A stretch of 64,000 bases of DNA from Eledone cirrhosa (GCA_964016885.1 OZ024743.1:167524001-167588000); one strand, 5' to 3'. Positions 1 to 13,621 are shown, counted from the first letter of the stretch. A program made the numbers and translations. Notes: a model not told the origin generated them from the letters alone.

Positions 1-930
1 TGTAAGGTTGAAACACCCACGTCCCGTAGGGCCTACATAGGGTTAACCGCCAATAGATTCAAGCAGCGTCTTTACATGCATACCCATTCTTTTCTTTACA
101 CTCTAAGAAGGAATATGAGGTCACTTTCAGCTTATATCTGGAGTCTAAAAGACAACCACACCCTATATAAGTTACACTGGCAGATTCTAGCTAGGGCTAG
201 ATCGTATAACGGAAATAAAAGACCATGTGACCTCTGCGCCGCTGAGGCCCTGGAACTACTCTACGCCACAGACCACATCTTAAACAAAAAATCTGAGGCA
301 ATTTCGGCTTGTAAACATAAATTGCACAAAACTTTCCTGTATTACAGCCACACATTATACCCTAACGGATAGTACGATCTATACGCGGATATTTTACGTC
401 TTGATGAGGTAGCTAAGTATATGTTATGTTTATACCACTACTTATTTGCATAGGTAAGTATATATTACCTGTATGTTTTGTGAAGGTACGTATACTTTCT
501 CGCACGTATATTTGATTGTATATCTTATGGCGCATATTTTATATATTCTAGTACATATGCTTTTGGTTATGTGTATACGTGAGTTTTGCGTCTGTGTGAG
601 TATGCGGGTTCGTACGTATGTAGAGTGTGTGTATTTGTGTACTTCGTGTTTTGGTTGACGTACGTCTCCGAACATATGTGTATTTACATGTAGGTATGTG
701 TGTGCGCTTGTTATATACGTATTTATTTATTTATATACGTTTATTTAATTATTTGTATACACACACACACACACACACATATTTATATACCTTTGGCGAG
801 TGTTTTCGCGTATGCTTGTGTATGTATGTACGTATATGGATGCGTGTATGTATTTATTTAATTTCAATTACCTCTGTATTTTATTTACTTTATTCTTAAC
901 TCTGAAGCCGAGAATCATTCGGTTTCCTAG

Positions 931-1163
931 TTAGAATTTTAGTCTACGACTTCAGTTATACCATTTACGTGGTTTTGTCTTTGTGTTCTCCACGCACCAA
1001 ATATGACGTATTATCTTCGTTTTTTCCGTTCATTGCCAGAGAACGTCTCTATGAACCGCCTAATAGAATATTAGTCTACGTGTAATTGTTTTTCACCGTT
1101 CCAAATAATGACGTATTATATTCGTTTTTTCCCGTTCTTTGCCAGGGAACGTTTCCACGAACC
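931..1163 (+). repeat. ~130-bp tandem duplication in PLE 3' region
   Basis: The unit tagaat(t/a)ttagtctacg...atgacgtattat..tcgtttttt..ccgttc.ttgccag.gaacgt occurs twice (from ~931 and ~1063). Confidence 0.7.
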
Positions 1164-1242
1164 AAAGTATCGTCTTCCTGTCTTCTTCCGGTTGCAACCT
1201 TTTTTTGAAATATTTACTTCTGCGTTCACAGATTGACTTTAT

Positions 1243-1295
1243 TAGTTTCAGAAGATCCCGTTAAGGGTGAAAGCAGCGATTCTTTGCTTAAACTA
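1243..1295 (+). ncRNA. Degenerate type I hammerhead ribozyme motif (PLE-associated)
   Basis: Stem I tagttt/aaacta; core CAGAAGA (U4 changed to A); stem II ccc-gttaa-ggg; GAAA; stem III gca...tgc; then UU. Confidence 0.5.
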
Positions 1296-1401
1296 TAATC
1301 TGTTATTTTAATAAATATTTGCTCTACGATTTTTATATATTTGATATATATTTATCCTTATCGAGCCCTCTTTGGATTTTAGTCTTCAAATTTATTATTA
1401 T

Positions 1402-1404
<3 letters not shown>

Positions 1405-1463
<59 letters not shown>
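1405..1463. repeat. (TA)n microsatellite
   Basis: Direct reading. Confidence 0.95.
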
Positions 1464-1467
<4 letters not shown>

Positions 1468-1746
1468 TTTCAAACGAATCATTGACTTGATTTTCTCATT
1501 TTTCCTCTCTTTACGTTGCCTCACCATTCATGTTTGTTTACCTGTCTCTCTTTCTCAACCCAATTCTTTTTATCCCAATAACTTATTTCAGTTATTGTTC
1601 GCGCTAGCCTGAGGTATCTGGTCTTTAATGCGAAGAAATACCTATGATGGCTTGTAGACCACTGATGATGGATAGTCCTATTTCTAATTCTTGATTTTAA
1701 TTTGTATATCACAATTGAAACAACACAGCACGTCATTTTTCATTCC

Positions 1747-1932
<186 letters not shown>

Positions 1933-1938
1933 GGAACG

Positions 1939-2038
1939 AGTAGGACCCCGACGGCTGAGCTCAAGCCGTTTTGACGGCTAATTCTGGACGCAGAATTAGC
2001 CATCGAAACGGCTTGAGCTCACCCGTCGGGGTCCTACT
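1939..2038. repeat. GC-rich 100-nt near-perfect palindrome (48-bp arms, 4-nt loop)
   Basis: agtaggaccccgacgg...ggctaattctg-gacg-cagaattagcc...ccgtcggggtcctact; 3 non-Watson-Crick positions between the arms. Confidence 0.9.
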
Positions 2039-2123
2039 AGTTTCTATTACCCACTCTACTACCCAAAGTATTGAGTACTTTGGTGCGTTATGGTCCATCT
2101 GGTTCCTTACAACATTTCCTTCG

Positions 2124-3860
<1,737 letters not shown>

Positions 3861-4164
3861 ACGGGTAAAAATCTAGGCCAGAAGAAGTAGGCGAAAAAGA
3901 GTTCTGGAGAAAATAGAGAAGGAACGTTATAGAATAGGTAAATCGGTGGAACTGGGATGTTCTTGGTGGAGAAGTCGATATTGTGTTTTCGCATGGTGGG
4001 TAATGAAACTTGAGTTGGGTGGAAAAGTCAGGATATGGCGTGGTAGGGTTGGAAAGTGCTCTACTACGGAGGTAGGAGCTAGATAACGAAGGCGTTGTGG
4101 TAAGGAACCAGATGGACCTTAACGCACCAGAGTACTCAATACTTAGGGTAGTAGAGTGGGTAAT

Positions 4165-6200
4165 ATGAAAATACGGGATACCAAATTCATCCAGTTTGAC
4201 ATAGAGAGTTACTATGCATCTATTACCTTACCGCTCCTTACGGCCGCTTTGGACTTTGCCAAAACACTCACACACATCACTGACCAGGAAAGAAATATCA
4301 TACTCCACGCCAGGAAGACAGTCCTACTTTTCGACAACTCCAAGTGGATAAAGAGAGCTCCCGACTCCCTCTTCGACGTCAGTATGGGCGTGACCGATTC
4401 GGCCGAGGTGACCGATCTTAAAGGATTATTCCTACTAAGGATTAACTCACTGAAATGTTTCCTGCATTCGGCGGTGGATATTACCGAGACGATGGGCTCC
4501 TTACCCTCAATGTGTACAACCCCAGTATTACCGACCGGGTCCGTAAACAACTAATCAACTTCTTCCGGGACTGGGGATTTAAAATCACAGTACAAACGTC
4601 CCTAACCAGAGTCAATTTCCTGGACGTTACCCTCAACCTCGAAAATGATCTGTACTACCCATACAGGAAACCAAACGACAAACTTCACTACATCCGCCAC
4701 CGCTCCAGCCATCCTAGAAACATCACCAATAACCTGGTTAAAAACATCTCCCTCCGCATATCTCGTTTGTCCGTTAATGAGCAGATATTCAACGAACTTG
4801 CGCCTCATTACAATCAGGCCCTCAAGCAAAGCGGCTTCCGGGAGGAAATATCCTTTTATCCAGATTCCCTTAGCGAAATCAGCAGGCGACACCGCCGCGC
4901 ACTCCCGTGACATGGTTCAACCCTCCCCACAATGCCGAGATGGCAACACCTATCGGGAAAATCTTCTTTAGGCTCCTCGAAAAACACTTCCCACTACAAC
5001 ACCGCTACCACAACATAATCAACAAAAACTATCAAACTCTCTTACAGCACCACACCCAACTTCGCACAAAACATCGCCTCCTCAAACAACAAAAAACTCA
5101 ACCCCTATGGAAGAAACAACCTAGACATTAGTGGAGAGCCGACCAGGAGGTGTAACTACTCTGATAGATCTACGTGCCCCCTCAACAACAGATGCCGAGA
5201 ACGTAACGTGATCTTCCAGTGCAACGTGAGGACGGACACCTCCAACAAAGCTTATATAAGATTAACCGCTTGTAACTTTAAGACCCGGATCTACCAACAC
5301 CGACATATGTTCCGAAACTCGGCCCGGCGACATGCCACTACACTTTCGGGCCACATCTGGGACCTCCAAGATAATAACATAACATAAATCTTACTTGGAG
5401 CTTACTGTCCAGGGGTAACTCCTACACGGGAGGACGCCGTCCGTGTAACTTATGCACGGAGGAAACATTACAAATGATGTTTACGAAGGACCAACTCCTA
5501 AACAAAAAAGACGAACTGGTAACTGCATGCAAACACCGATTGTGTAGGACTTACCTCGCCCTCAAACCCTCTAATGACCCGGTGGGTAGACAATGGCTGC
5601 AACATCCCACTTACCGAATAAGATAGGGGAAACCCCAGCTTACATAGTTAGATGTACCTCTTTTCTTTTCCTTTCTGTTTTCTTCTTCCCTCTGTCTCTT
5701 CCTATCACTTCCTTCCACTCCCTATCTTCTTCCTCTTCCTTTTCCCCCTTTCGCCTACCCCAAGACAGCCTATCGGGCCTTTGTAGCCTCAGTATCCCCA
5801 CCCCAGTAAAGATAGCATTGGCCGAAAACGCAATATAAACTAATTATAGCAGCTGTTTTAGACCCCAGAGATTTTTTTACTAGCCAATTCTATAATTTCA
5901 AAACTTTTCATTTATTTAGTATCTTCTATTCTCAAATTATTAACCTATTCTATAGCATTGGCCGAAAACGCAACACCAACTTAATATAGCAGCTGTTTTA
6001 GACTCTACAGTTTTTTTTATCACTTCTTACTATCTAATTTTATATTTTTATATATTTTTCTCTTATTTATTTATTATCACCTAATCTCAATTGATTTACC
6101 TATTCTATAACGTCCCTTCTCTATTTTCTCCAGAATCCTTTTTTCGCCTACTTCCTCTGGCCTCGAAATCACGAAACGCCTCCCTACCCTATTTTTCCAT
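4165..6200 (+). mobile_element. Penelope-like element, 5'-truncated and frameshifted, with pyrimidine-rich 3' region
   Basis: FIQFDIESYYASI, FDVSMGVTDSAEV, GYYRDDGL, VNFLDVTLNL, YRKPND, TWFNPPHN, then a degenerate GIY-YIG to ~5575. The 3' boundary is approximate. Confidence 0.85.
5812..6003 (+). repeat. Tandem duplication (~140-bp period) in PLE 3' region
   Basis: atagcattggccgaaaacgcaa...tagcagctgttttagac at 5812 and 5952. Confidence 0.75.
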
Positions 6201-6675
6201 TTTTCAATATACTACTGATTTTGATATCAGTAGATTACTGGGCCAAATCAAGTTATGTTATAATCTTTAAAAAATACTCGCACGAATTAAATACAAAAAA
6301 GTTTCAGTCCAAAACAAAAGCACGCTATTTCAAATTATATATTTTTGAAAAATAGTCTTGAATGTTCTCAAAGATTTGATCTTAATCGAAAAAGCTTTTT
6401 TGTTTTAAATTCTATATTTCACTGTTAGCTGTTGTAGTATTTTGAGTGGATAGACAATTCTACAATTCAAACTGTAAAGTCAAAATACAAAAGATGCAAA
6501 ATATGAAGAATTTCTTATCTTTTTCTGAAATCACAAACTCAGGGGAAAAATAGTACCTTTTAAAATAAAATACCTCGTAACAAAATAAAATACTTAGTAG
6601 CAACGAAGGAATTGAGAAGCTTGGTGACAGTGAGAAAGCATTATCTGTATCCCTTATATATATACATAGATAGAT

Positions 6676-6856
<181 letters not shown>

Positions 6857-7299
6857 TGTGTGTGTGTGCCTTGGTTTTGGTACAGAAAGAATTTTGTCTC
6901 CAGTTTTTATTGCCAGGTCAACGGCCACTGCTCTTTTCAACAACGCCAAATAAAAACGCCAAATATATATATTTATACCACTGGCCCGTCCGGCTGGCGT
7001 CTGGCTAGGTATACCGGCATTTTATCTTTTCAGGAATCCCCCCTACACTCCAGTGCAAAGATACCGCACGCCCTCTCTAGTCAGCGAGGGGGGAGGGGGG
7101 GGGGGTTAACGTGCTCTGATGTTGGGTTTGAATAGTTTTTAGGATTCCCCAGTTCAGCAGCAAGTACGTTAAAGAAAATTGATAGTTACAACAGTAAAGG
7201 CTGAACAGAGAACATCATTTTTTAACAAACAATAATTTGTACAACCATAATGAACATTCCAAGTAACAGAAAATATTTAAATTACATAATAAGTAATTG

Positions 7300-7490
7300 T
7301 GCGGCAGACAGGCTTTGCGGCATATAGCTACGCCCCTTTAGGTTCTAAATTCAAATTCCGCTAAGGTTAGCCTTTCATTCTTATGGCGTCGATAAAATAA
7401 AGCTCTAGTAACAACTTGCAGTTGATTTAATCGACTTTCCCGACCCACCACAAATTGTTGGCCTTGTGCCTAAATCAAAAACCAATTAAT
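7300..7490 (+). mobile_element. Degenerate SINE related to the neighbouring copies
   Basis: gcctttcattcttatggcgtcgataaaata core and tail ggccttgtgcctaaa shared with the SINEs at 7696 and 7878. Confidence 0.6.
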
Positions 7491-7695
7491 TTCTAAGTGA
7501 ATATAATCAACAATTTTTGTAAAAAAAAAAAAATTTTACTATGGATGGTATAGCATAATGAAATATACTTTTACACGAATCTTAGTAAAGGGAAATAATA
7601 TAGTACTTGAAGACACTGCCTGTACGACCTTCCCAAGAAGAAGAAGAAGAAGAAGAAGGCCAATAGAATTTTATATCTGTGAAGTAATAAAATCT

Positions 7696-7847
7696 TGGCA
7701 GTATCGGTTGAGGGTCGGACGCCTTGGCATTCGGAGTTCAAATCCCGCCGAGGTTAACTTTGCCTTTCATTCTTACGGGGTCGATAAAATAAAGCACCAG
7801 TAATGTACTGGGTAATTGCTGGCCTTGTGCCTAAAGTAGAAACAATG
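7696..7847 (+). mobile_element. tRNA-derived SINE
   Basis: A box tggcagtatcgg, B box gagttcaaatccc, conserved core tttgcctttcat.cttacggggtcgataaaat (resembles the Meta-SINE domain as I recall it), tail ggccttgtgcctaaagtagaaacaat. Confidence 0.8.
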
Positions 7848-7877
7848 GAATAGTTTCTGTAGATGCTAACATGGATA

Positions 7878-8067
7878 CGGCGTGGATTGGCATTATCGGT
7901 AGAGGGTCGGAGGCTATGCATTGACGCATAGAGTTACGGCCCTTGCCATTCTGAGTTCGAATCCCGCCGAGGTTAACTTTGCCTTTCATCCTTACGGGGT
8001 CGATAAAATTAAGTGCCAGTGATGCACTGGTGCATTGCTGGCCTTGTGCCAAAAAGTAGAAACAATT
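7878..8067 (+). mobile_element. tRNA-derived SINE (full length)
   Basis: A box tggcattatcgg, B box gagttcgaatccc, same core and tail as the copies at 28522 and 42455. Confidence 0.85.
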
Positions 8068-8349
8068 AATTTAGAAGAAAATTATTACTTTTTTAGGTTA
8101 TTCTGCTTTACTTTTCTCGGCGGGAATATATTTTAAGGGAAATAATGCAGTAGTTTGTAATTTGAATTGTTTCCCTTTTCAAAGAATACTGGATTTTCAA
8201 ATGTAAAAGGTAATTACACACACACTACACACACACACACACACACAGACCACACCACACCACACACACACAAACACACACACACGCAGACGCTCGCACA
8301 CACACACACACGCACACACGCATGCGTGCGCACACACACACACATATAA

Positions 8350-8640
8350 ATCGTTGGATGAGCAATGTAAATGTGAGAGTTCAAGAGGAATCATATGTGG
8401 TGTGTAAGAGAAGACTGCGATGGTATGGAGATGTGATGCACATGGATGATGAGCGATGGACGAAGTGCTAGGAAGTGCCAGAGGAAGGAAGTCACAGTAG
8501 AGGTACATCAAGAAAGACCTTGGCAGAAGTGGTGAAAGGTGACCTCAAATCGCTGAGACTCAAAGAGGAAATGACGAAGCAACGTGGTAAGTGGAAAGAT
8601 GCTGTGTGGAGAAGGACCCGCCCAACCCATGCAAGTGTTG
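8350..8640 (+). mobile_element. RTE-clade LINE 3' fragment
   Basis: Translates RRLRWYGDVMHMDDE...RGTSRKTLAEVVKGDLKSLRLKEEMTKQRGKWKDAV, typical of the RTE ORF C-terminus; sits between (CA)n and (TA)n. Confidence 0.65.
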
Positions 8641-8845
8641 TATATATATAAATATAAATCACATGAATACACCAATTTCGCAATTGAGGGATGAATATTT
8701 ATTGTGTAACTGACACGTGTTTCGTTAATAAGCAAGTGAGTGTATCTAGAACCGTTAATCCGATGTATGTTTTCGGGGAATTCGAATTCCAATATTCTGT
8801 TTCAACAGTTTTACATATCAGCTTGTCGAAGTCTGACGATTTACA

Positions 8846-10330
8846 CAGTTTGTTGGTGTGCCTGTTGACTGATCTCCTTCTGTACTGTCTCAATCCACAC
8901 TGCCTGGATGTTTAACATCCTGCTCCCATATTCCTCTCCAGAATGTTTTAGTTTGTTCCGCCCCAGGGATCAAGACGTTGCCTCTTTCTTTCCCCTCAAG
9001 CTGTCCAAACAGCATCTTCTGGTTGTTGTCGAACATGCGGTTCTGTCTATACTGGCTGACCCTGTTCTCGTATCGACTGATGCGTTGCTTCAGTTCCTCT
9101 ATGATAATATTTAGCTTTTTCCTCCTAGTTTTGTACTTTATTTCCAGTCTATTTTTAGTGTCTATGTTTTTTAGTGTCCCATTCAGTAGGGACTCAAGCT
9201 TTCCAATGTCATTTCTCATTTCCCTGATTTGACCACTCAGTCGTTTCTTCCACCAAGGCTCTGCTCTTTCTTGTCTGTTGTTTCCTCTCGCTTTTATACC
9301 AAGTAGTTTCCTCACCGTATTAGCTGTTGCTTTGAGGATATTGTTGCACTGGTGAAGGCTCCTCGCCTCAAGGTATGGGATGACTTTGTTTACTTTAGCT
9401 GTTGTTTCTTTTAACTTTTTCCTGTCTACAAATCTTAGGTTCATAGGTCTCCCACTATCATTGTTCAATTCATCTACCACTAAGTTTAGGATATCTACTA
9501 AATCTTGTCCTAGCCCGTCAGCATTCATCTCCTCAGTGGCCGTATCTCTGTTCCAGGTATTATTTATCTCAGCATTCAGATCATTGTCTGTTTCGGGTGG
9601 TTCCTCCGTTCTCTCGACCTCTTCACCTTCATTTCCCACTGGCTCGTTTGCCTGGCATACTCCACCCTCCATCTCCAAGCTAATCTCTCTGCTCAGTTCT
9701 TCCAGTTCCAGCTCGCTTGTCCACCCATTAGTTCTTATTACCCGAGCCTGCCCGGCCAATTTTTGTTCATCTAATTTAAATGGACCAATCTCGTTCCAGA
9801 TGTTATGCATCCTTTTCCTATAGCCTTTCTCCTTGGGGTTACTCTTCAGGTAACATTGCATAACAGTTCTATTCAATTCTTTCGTCCAGTTGGTTCTGGT
9901 CCCTTTCCTTCTTCTTCTTCCTCCTCCGACACCAGCAGTATTTGGTTGACAGCCAGGTCCCTGCTGCTGAGCCAGGGAGCACCTGTTGGGTGAGAGTCTG
10001 TCACATGACATTCTAGTCTCCATTTCACCGTTCGAACTGTTTAGGTTCGACATTTAAACACTCTTATCGAGGATTGGCGAATGTATGGTTACATAACCAC
10101 CGGTGATTTCATCACCTCCGGTGATTTCGTCGCTCCACGTGACTTTTGTGTGGCATTACCACGCTGTAGACGAACCCAAATAAACAAACAAACAAACAGG
10201 TAGAAAAAACCCCCAAAATGAATAAGCATAAGTTTCATTGTAATGTAGTGTCTGAATGTCTGACTTAGTTTTTCCCTTCCCTTCTCTGTCCGTCCGTTTG
10301 TTTTTCTCTTTTTATTTCCTTTACGTTTTT
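8846..10330 (-). mobile_element. R4/Dong-like non-LTR element family A: 5' UTR plus N-terminal ORF fragment
   Basis: ORF 8890-10053 (WTKELNRTVMQCY, GYRKRMHNIW, EPWWKKRL, QNRMFDNNQK, FWRGIW) is nearly identical to 19250-20483. Confidence 0.85.
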
Positions 10331-10890
10331 CAGGCCACATCCACAATCAGGCACGATCTTTTTTCCTTGTCCCAAACCACCAGGTCAGGTCTATTGTGTT
10401 CCAGTTTCTTGTCCGTCTGTATCCTAAAATCCCATAGCACCTTCACCTGATCGTTTTCTATCACCGACTCTGGCTTATGCTCATACCACTTCTCAGAATG
10501 TGATAAATTGTTTACTTTGCATAGGTGCCAGTGGATCACCCTGCCCATCACATCATGTCTCAAGCCTTTATAGTGAGTTTTTACACTCGGATACAATGTG
10601 AGCCACAGTCTCCTCTCTCCACAGATCCTGCACAGTGGGCTAGCCTCCTCCTTGCCAATATGGTGTTTCAGCCACTTCGTTTTGAGGGCCTGCTCTTGCG
10701 CAGCCATTAGCATTCTTTCTGTAGCCTTTTTAAGGTCTCCTCTTCTCAACCAGTTCCATGTCTGTGGATCTCTGAATTCCGTTTTCTCAAAGAAGGTACT
10801 ATAAAGGGATTTTTCATGAAGGTTGCTCTTTCTCCTCGTTGTTATTTCCTCCTTGGACATCCTCTGGTCTATTGTCCTCTCCTTCAGTAC
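10331..10890 (-). mobile_element. R4/Dong-like family A internal fragment (CCHC knuckle and start of RLE)
   Basis: WLRRGDLKKATE..LMAAQEQAL, CRICG, WDFRIQTDKKLEHNRPDLVV...LIVDVA. Confidence 0.85.
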
Positions 10891-10891
10891 A

Positions 10892-10985
<94 letters not shown>
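10891..10985. repeat. (ATT)n/(TAA)n microsatellite
   Basis: Direct reading; separates two Dong-like fragments. Confidence 0.95.
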
Positions 10986-10986
<1 letters not shown>

Positions 10987-11403
10987 AGTTGCATTTATCT
11001 TGCTTTATGTTCATACGAGTTATCACCAAGTCACAACCAGTGACCTCAAGAGACAACAAGGTCCGCCATGTTCAAGAAAGAACATACATACTCACACATG
11101 CATCTTTAGTGTTTAGAATTGTGATGTACTTATATTGACAGAATCTTCCTTAGTATATGGGCAGTTCCCATTAGTACTAACTTTTGTATTTCTCCTATAC
11201 GCGGGTTTCCTGGGATTTGCGATAAGTAATCATTAGACCCCTTAGGTATCATTCCCAGAGCGCCTACAACCACTGGTATTGTTTTAGTTCTCAATTTCCA
11301 CATTTTTCCAATTTCTATCTCCAGGTCCTTATACTTGCTCAATTTTTCAAATGTTTTTATAGATACATTCTTGTCTATTGGAACAGACATATCAATTAGC
11401 AGG
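10986..11403 (-). mobile_element. R4/Dong-like family B 3' fragment
   Basis: IDMSVPIDKNVSIKTFEKLSKYKDLEIEIGKMWKL...IPVVVGALG (RLE C-terminus); its 3' UTR recurs at 23687, 26281 and 50590. Confidence 0.85.
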
Positions 11404-11636
11404 TATTATTATTATTATTATTATTATTGGCGACCTACGTAGGAAATCGTATTATCGTGAGCTCCGCAAAGGTTTGTTATTTCCGTTTGTTTAAAAATTG
11501 CCATTTATGGAAAATTTTATTGTAAACTGTTTATAAGCACACATACATTGTTTTCCGAAAAGGACACCCAAAAGATTGGGGCCTTGTGCCCAAAATTTTA
11601 ACTTTTATTATTATCCAAACATTTCTTTGAAAAAAA

Positions 11637-13136
11637 ATGGCTAATTCCCCTCTGCACGAAGCAGCTGAAAGCCTTCCTCACAAAATAACACCTCACACCG
11701 ACACCACCATTGTAAATGTTACTACGTTTGCCAACACAAAAAAAAATATAAGCAGTAGCAATATTTTAAATTTGTCTCAGGCAGACATTCATTTCCCGCC
11801 ATTACCAATGACTGCAGGTGTTAAACCCTCCACCACCACCACCACCGCGACAACCACCACCACCACCACCACCGCGACAACAGAAACAAAAGAAGAAAAA
11901 AATAAATTAACTCGTGACGTCGAAATGAAATCAAGCAAAATGGACTCTTCCCCACCAAAGACGACTGACGTCACCACCACCACAACTGAAAATAAAATTA
12001 ATATTAACGATAGCAACAACAACAACAATGACATTATAAAACCGACCCTCAGTTTCGCCATCGTAGCAAAACAATTCGAAGCGTTCACGGTAACTCAAGA
12101 AGATTTAGAAAATGCCAAACAAATGGTAAAGAAAGATGGGTACAGGGTCAGCCTCACCCCCCCACCTAATAAAATGGAGCATCGGCGCCTGTGCACCGTG
12201 TCGTATAGAACAATAAATGTAAAATCGCGCCGAGTGGAACGGGCATCCGAGTCCCAAATCCAAAAAGCTTTGGGACATGTGTGGGCAAGAAAAACCCACA
12301 TCAGACGTGGGCAAAAGTATGGAACCGTGGATGTGTTCTTTGAAACACCAGAGGAGGCTAGAGAACACTCCATGGCCCCATTAAAAAGTGACGACCTCAC
12401 ACTCGTCCCAAGCTATTGTGGCCAGAGACTCGTAAAGGTCAGGGTAACCCACGTTCCACCGGCCATCGAAATTCCCTGGCTAATAGCGGCTGTCCTCGCC
12501 GGCATCGAAGCCAACACGAAAATAATAGCAGTAGCAAAAGAAAAGCAGGAAAACTGGTCCGGATCTGGAATGGAGCTCCTGATCCAAGCGGACCAAAAAA
12601 GCATTGAGGAGATCCCAGAGGTAATAGACCTCACTGACGGCAGCCACCTCACGGTAATTGTCGAGGGCAGAAGACCTAGGTGTGTCGTTTGTGGTGAAGG
12701 AACCCACCTAAGGGCTTTCTGCCCTCAGGCTAAAAGGTTGAGGCCACCTCTCCTACCCACCCCAGTGACACAACCATCAACACCACCAGTAGCAGAGATG
12801 GCAGCAACAACTGTAGCAGCAACAACAGAAGCAACTATAACAGCAACAACCCCAGCAACAGTAGCAAAACGAACACCACTACCACCACCAGCAAAACCAA
12901 CACCACCACCACCCAACGCTTCAGAACTAGCACCAGCGCCTACACCATCCACCACACCACAACCAAAACTAACGGCTGTGGAGGATTTTCCACTCCCCGG
13001 CCTATCACAACTGGAGACAGATTGTGACGACGAGGAGTGGGAAACGATATCCGGAAAAAAAAAAGAAACCAAAAAAGAAAAAATTCTCTTCCTTCCCCCT
13101 CCAAAAACAAAATACAGAAGGAAACAAATAAACTAA
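11637..13136 (+). CDS. Tx1-like ORF1 (nucleic-acid-binding protein with CCHC zinc knuckle)
   Basis: 499-aa ORF with CVVCGEGTHLRAFC (CX2CX4HX4C), an RRM-like segment (YGTVDVFFETPEEA) and a Pro/Thr-rich region. Confidence 0.8.
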   Translation: MANSPLHEAAESLPHKITPHTDTTIVNVTTFANTKKNISSSNILNLSQADIHFPPLPMTAGVKPSTTTTTATTTTTTTTATTETKEEKNKLTRDVEMKSSKMDSSPPKTTDVTTTTTENKININDSNNNNNDIIKPTLSFAIVAKQFEAFTVTQEDLENAKQMVKKDGYRVSLTPPPNKMEHRRLCTVSYRTINVKSRRVERASESQIQKALGHVWARKTHIRRGQKYGTVDVFFETPEEAREHSMAPLKSDDLTLVPSYCGQRLVKVRVTHVPPAIEIPWLIAAVLAGIEANTKIIAVAKEKQENWSGSGMELLIQADQKSIEEIPEVIDLTDGSHLTVIVEGRRPRCVVCGEGTHLRAFCPQAKRLRPPLLPTPVTQPSTPPVAEMAATTVAATTEATITATTPATVAKRTPLPPPAKPTPPPPNASELAPAPTPSTTPQPKLTAVEDFPLPGLSQLETDCDDEEWETISGKKKETKKEKILFLPPPKTKYRRKQIN

Positions 13137-13621
13137 GAAACAAAAAAGTTAGGACAGATATGCCACCATCCACACCAGCATCACCAACCCCATCAACCCA
13201 AACACCAACACCATCACCATCATTAACTCCAACACCACCATCACCTACACCACAAAAGTCACCAAAATGCGAAACAGAAACAAACCCACAACAAACGCAA
13301 ACAAAACAAAACAACCAGAACGATACACACTACACAGCATTAAATTTGAACAACAAGCAATTATTACACTACATCCAACACAACACCAGCATCACAGAAA
13401 AAGACTACACAACAACCCCAAAATTCACACCACCTCCACACATACAAATCACTCGCATCACACAGAAAACGTACATGACACTAAAACAAAAATTCCCCAA
13501 AGACATCGGAGACTTCCGACAAGCACTCTCCAGGAGGATTTATAAGGACATCCTTCCTGAGGAGGCCACAAGCAGTGAAAAGGATGGAAAAGCCGTCCTT
13601 CCCCTACGAGAAGTAAGGTAA
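13055..13621 (+). CDS. ORF1 C-terminal extension in the -1 frame (ORF1b)
   Basis: Open -1 frame KKKRNQKRKNSLPSPSK...KFPKDIGDFRQALSRRIYKD. Conserved at 48051-48635, and homologous to the family 2 segment 54483-54773 (SFPRDVG...SRLLK). Confidence 0.65.
   Translation, partial: KKKRNQKRKNSLPSPSKNKIQKETNKLRNKKVRTDMPPSTPASPTPSTQTPTPSPSLTPTPPSPTPQKSPKCETETNPQQTQTKQNNQNDTHYTALNLNNKQLLHYIQHNTSITEKDYTTTPKFTPPPHIQITRITQKTYMTLKQKFPKDIGDFRQALSRRIYKDILPEEATSSEKDGKAVLPLREVR

Larger units (their letters stand above)
1..1404 (+). mobile_element. Penelope-like element, 3' part (GIY-YIG C-terminus plus 3' UTR/pseudo-LTR), ending at (TA)n
   Basis: Frame from base 1 reads CKVETPTSRRAYIGLTANRFKQRLYMH...LSAYIWSLKD...CDLCAAE...LNKKSEAISACKH, a PLE GIY-YIG domain with stop at 372. 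A hammerhead-like motif lies at 1243-1295 and the element ends at a (TA)n tract. Confidence 0.8.

Noticed and set aside
1655-1735. CTGATGA...GAAA possible hammerhead
   Set aside because: Could not form stems I and III consistently.
5570-5600. ctaatga-ccc-ggt-ggg after the PLE ORF
   Set aside because: Lacks both CUGA and GAAA; too degenerate to call a ribozyme.
6230-6650. AT-rich segment possibly from a DNA transposon
   Set aside because: No terminal inverted repeats, TSD or coding similarity could be identified.
7878-7975. A and B boxes suggesting a tRNA gene
   Set aside because: No convincing cloverleaf; it is the head of a dispersed SINE with a shared core, tail and TSDs.
10060-10090. 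ggcgaatg and tcctcg motifs reminiscent of an HDV-like ribozyme near the Dong start codon
   Set aside because: The motifs lie on opposite strands and no double pseudoknot could be built.
11580-11595. Match between the Tx1 5' UTR hairpin (ggccttgtgcc) and the SINE 3' tail
   Set aside because: Only ~11 nt, and SINE tails derive from LINE 3' ends; likely chance.
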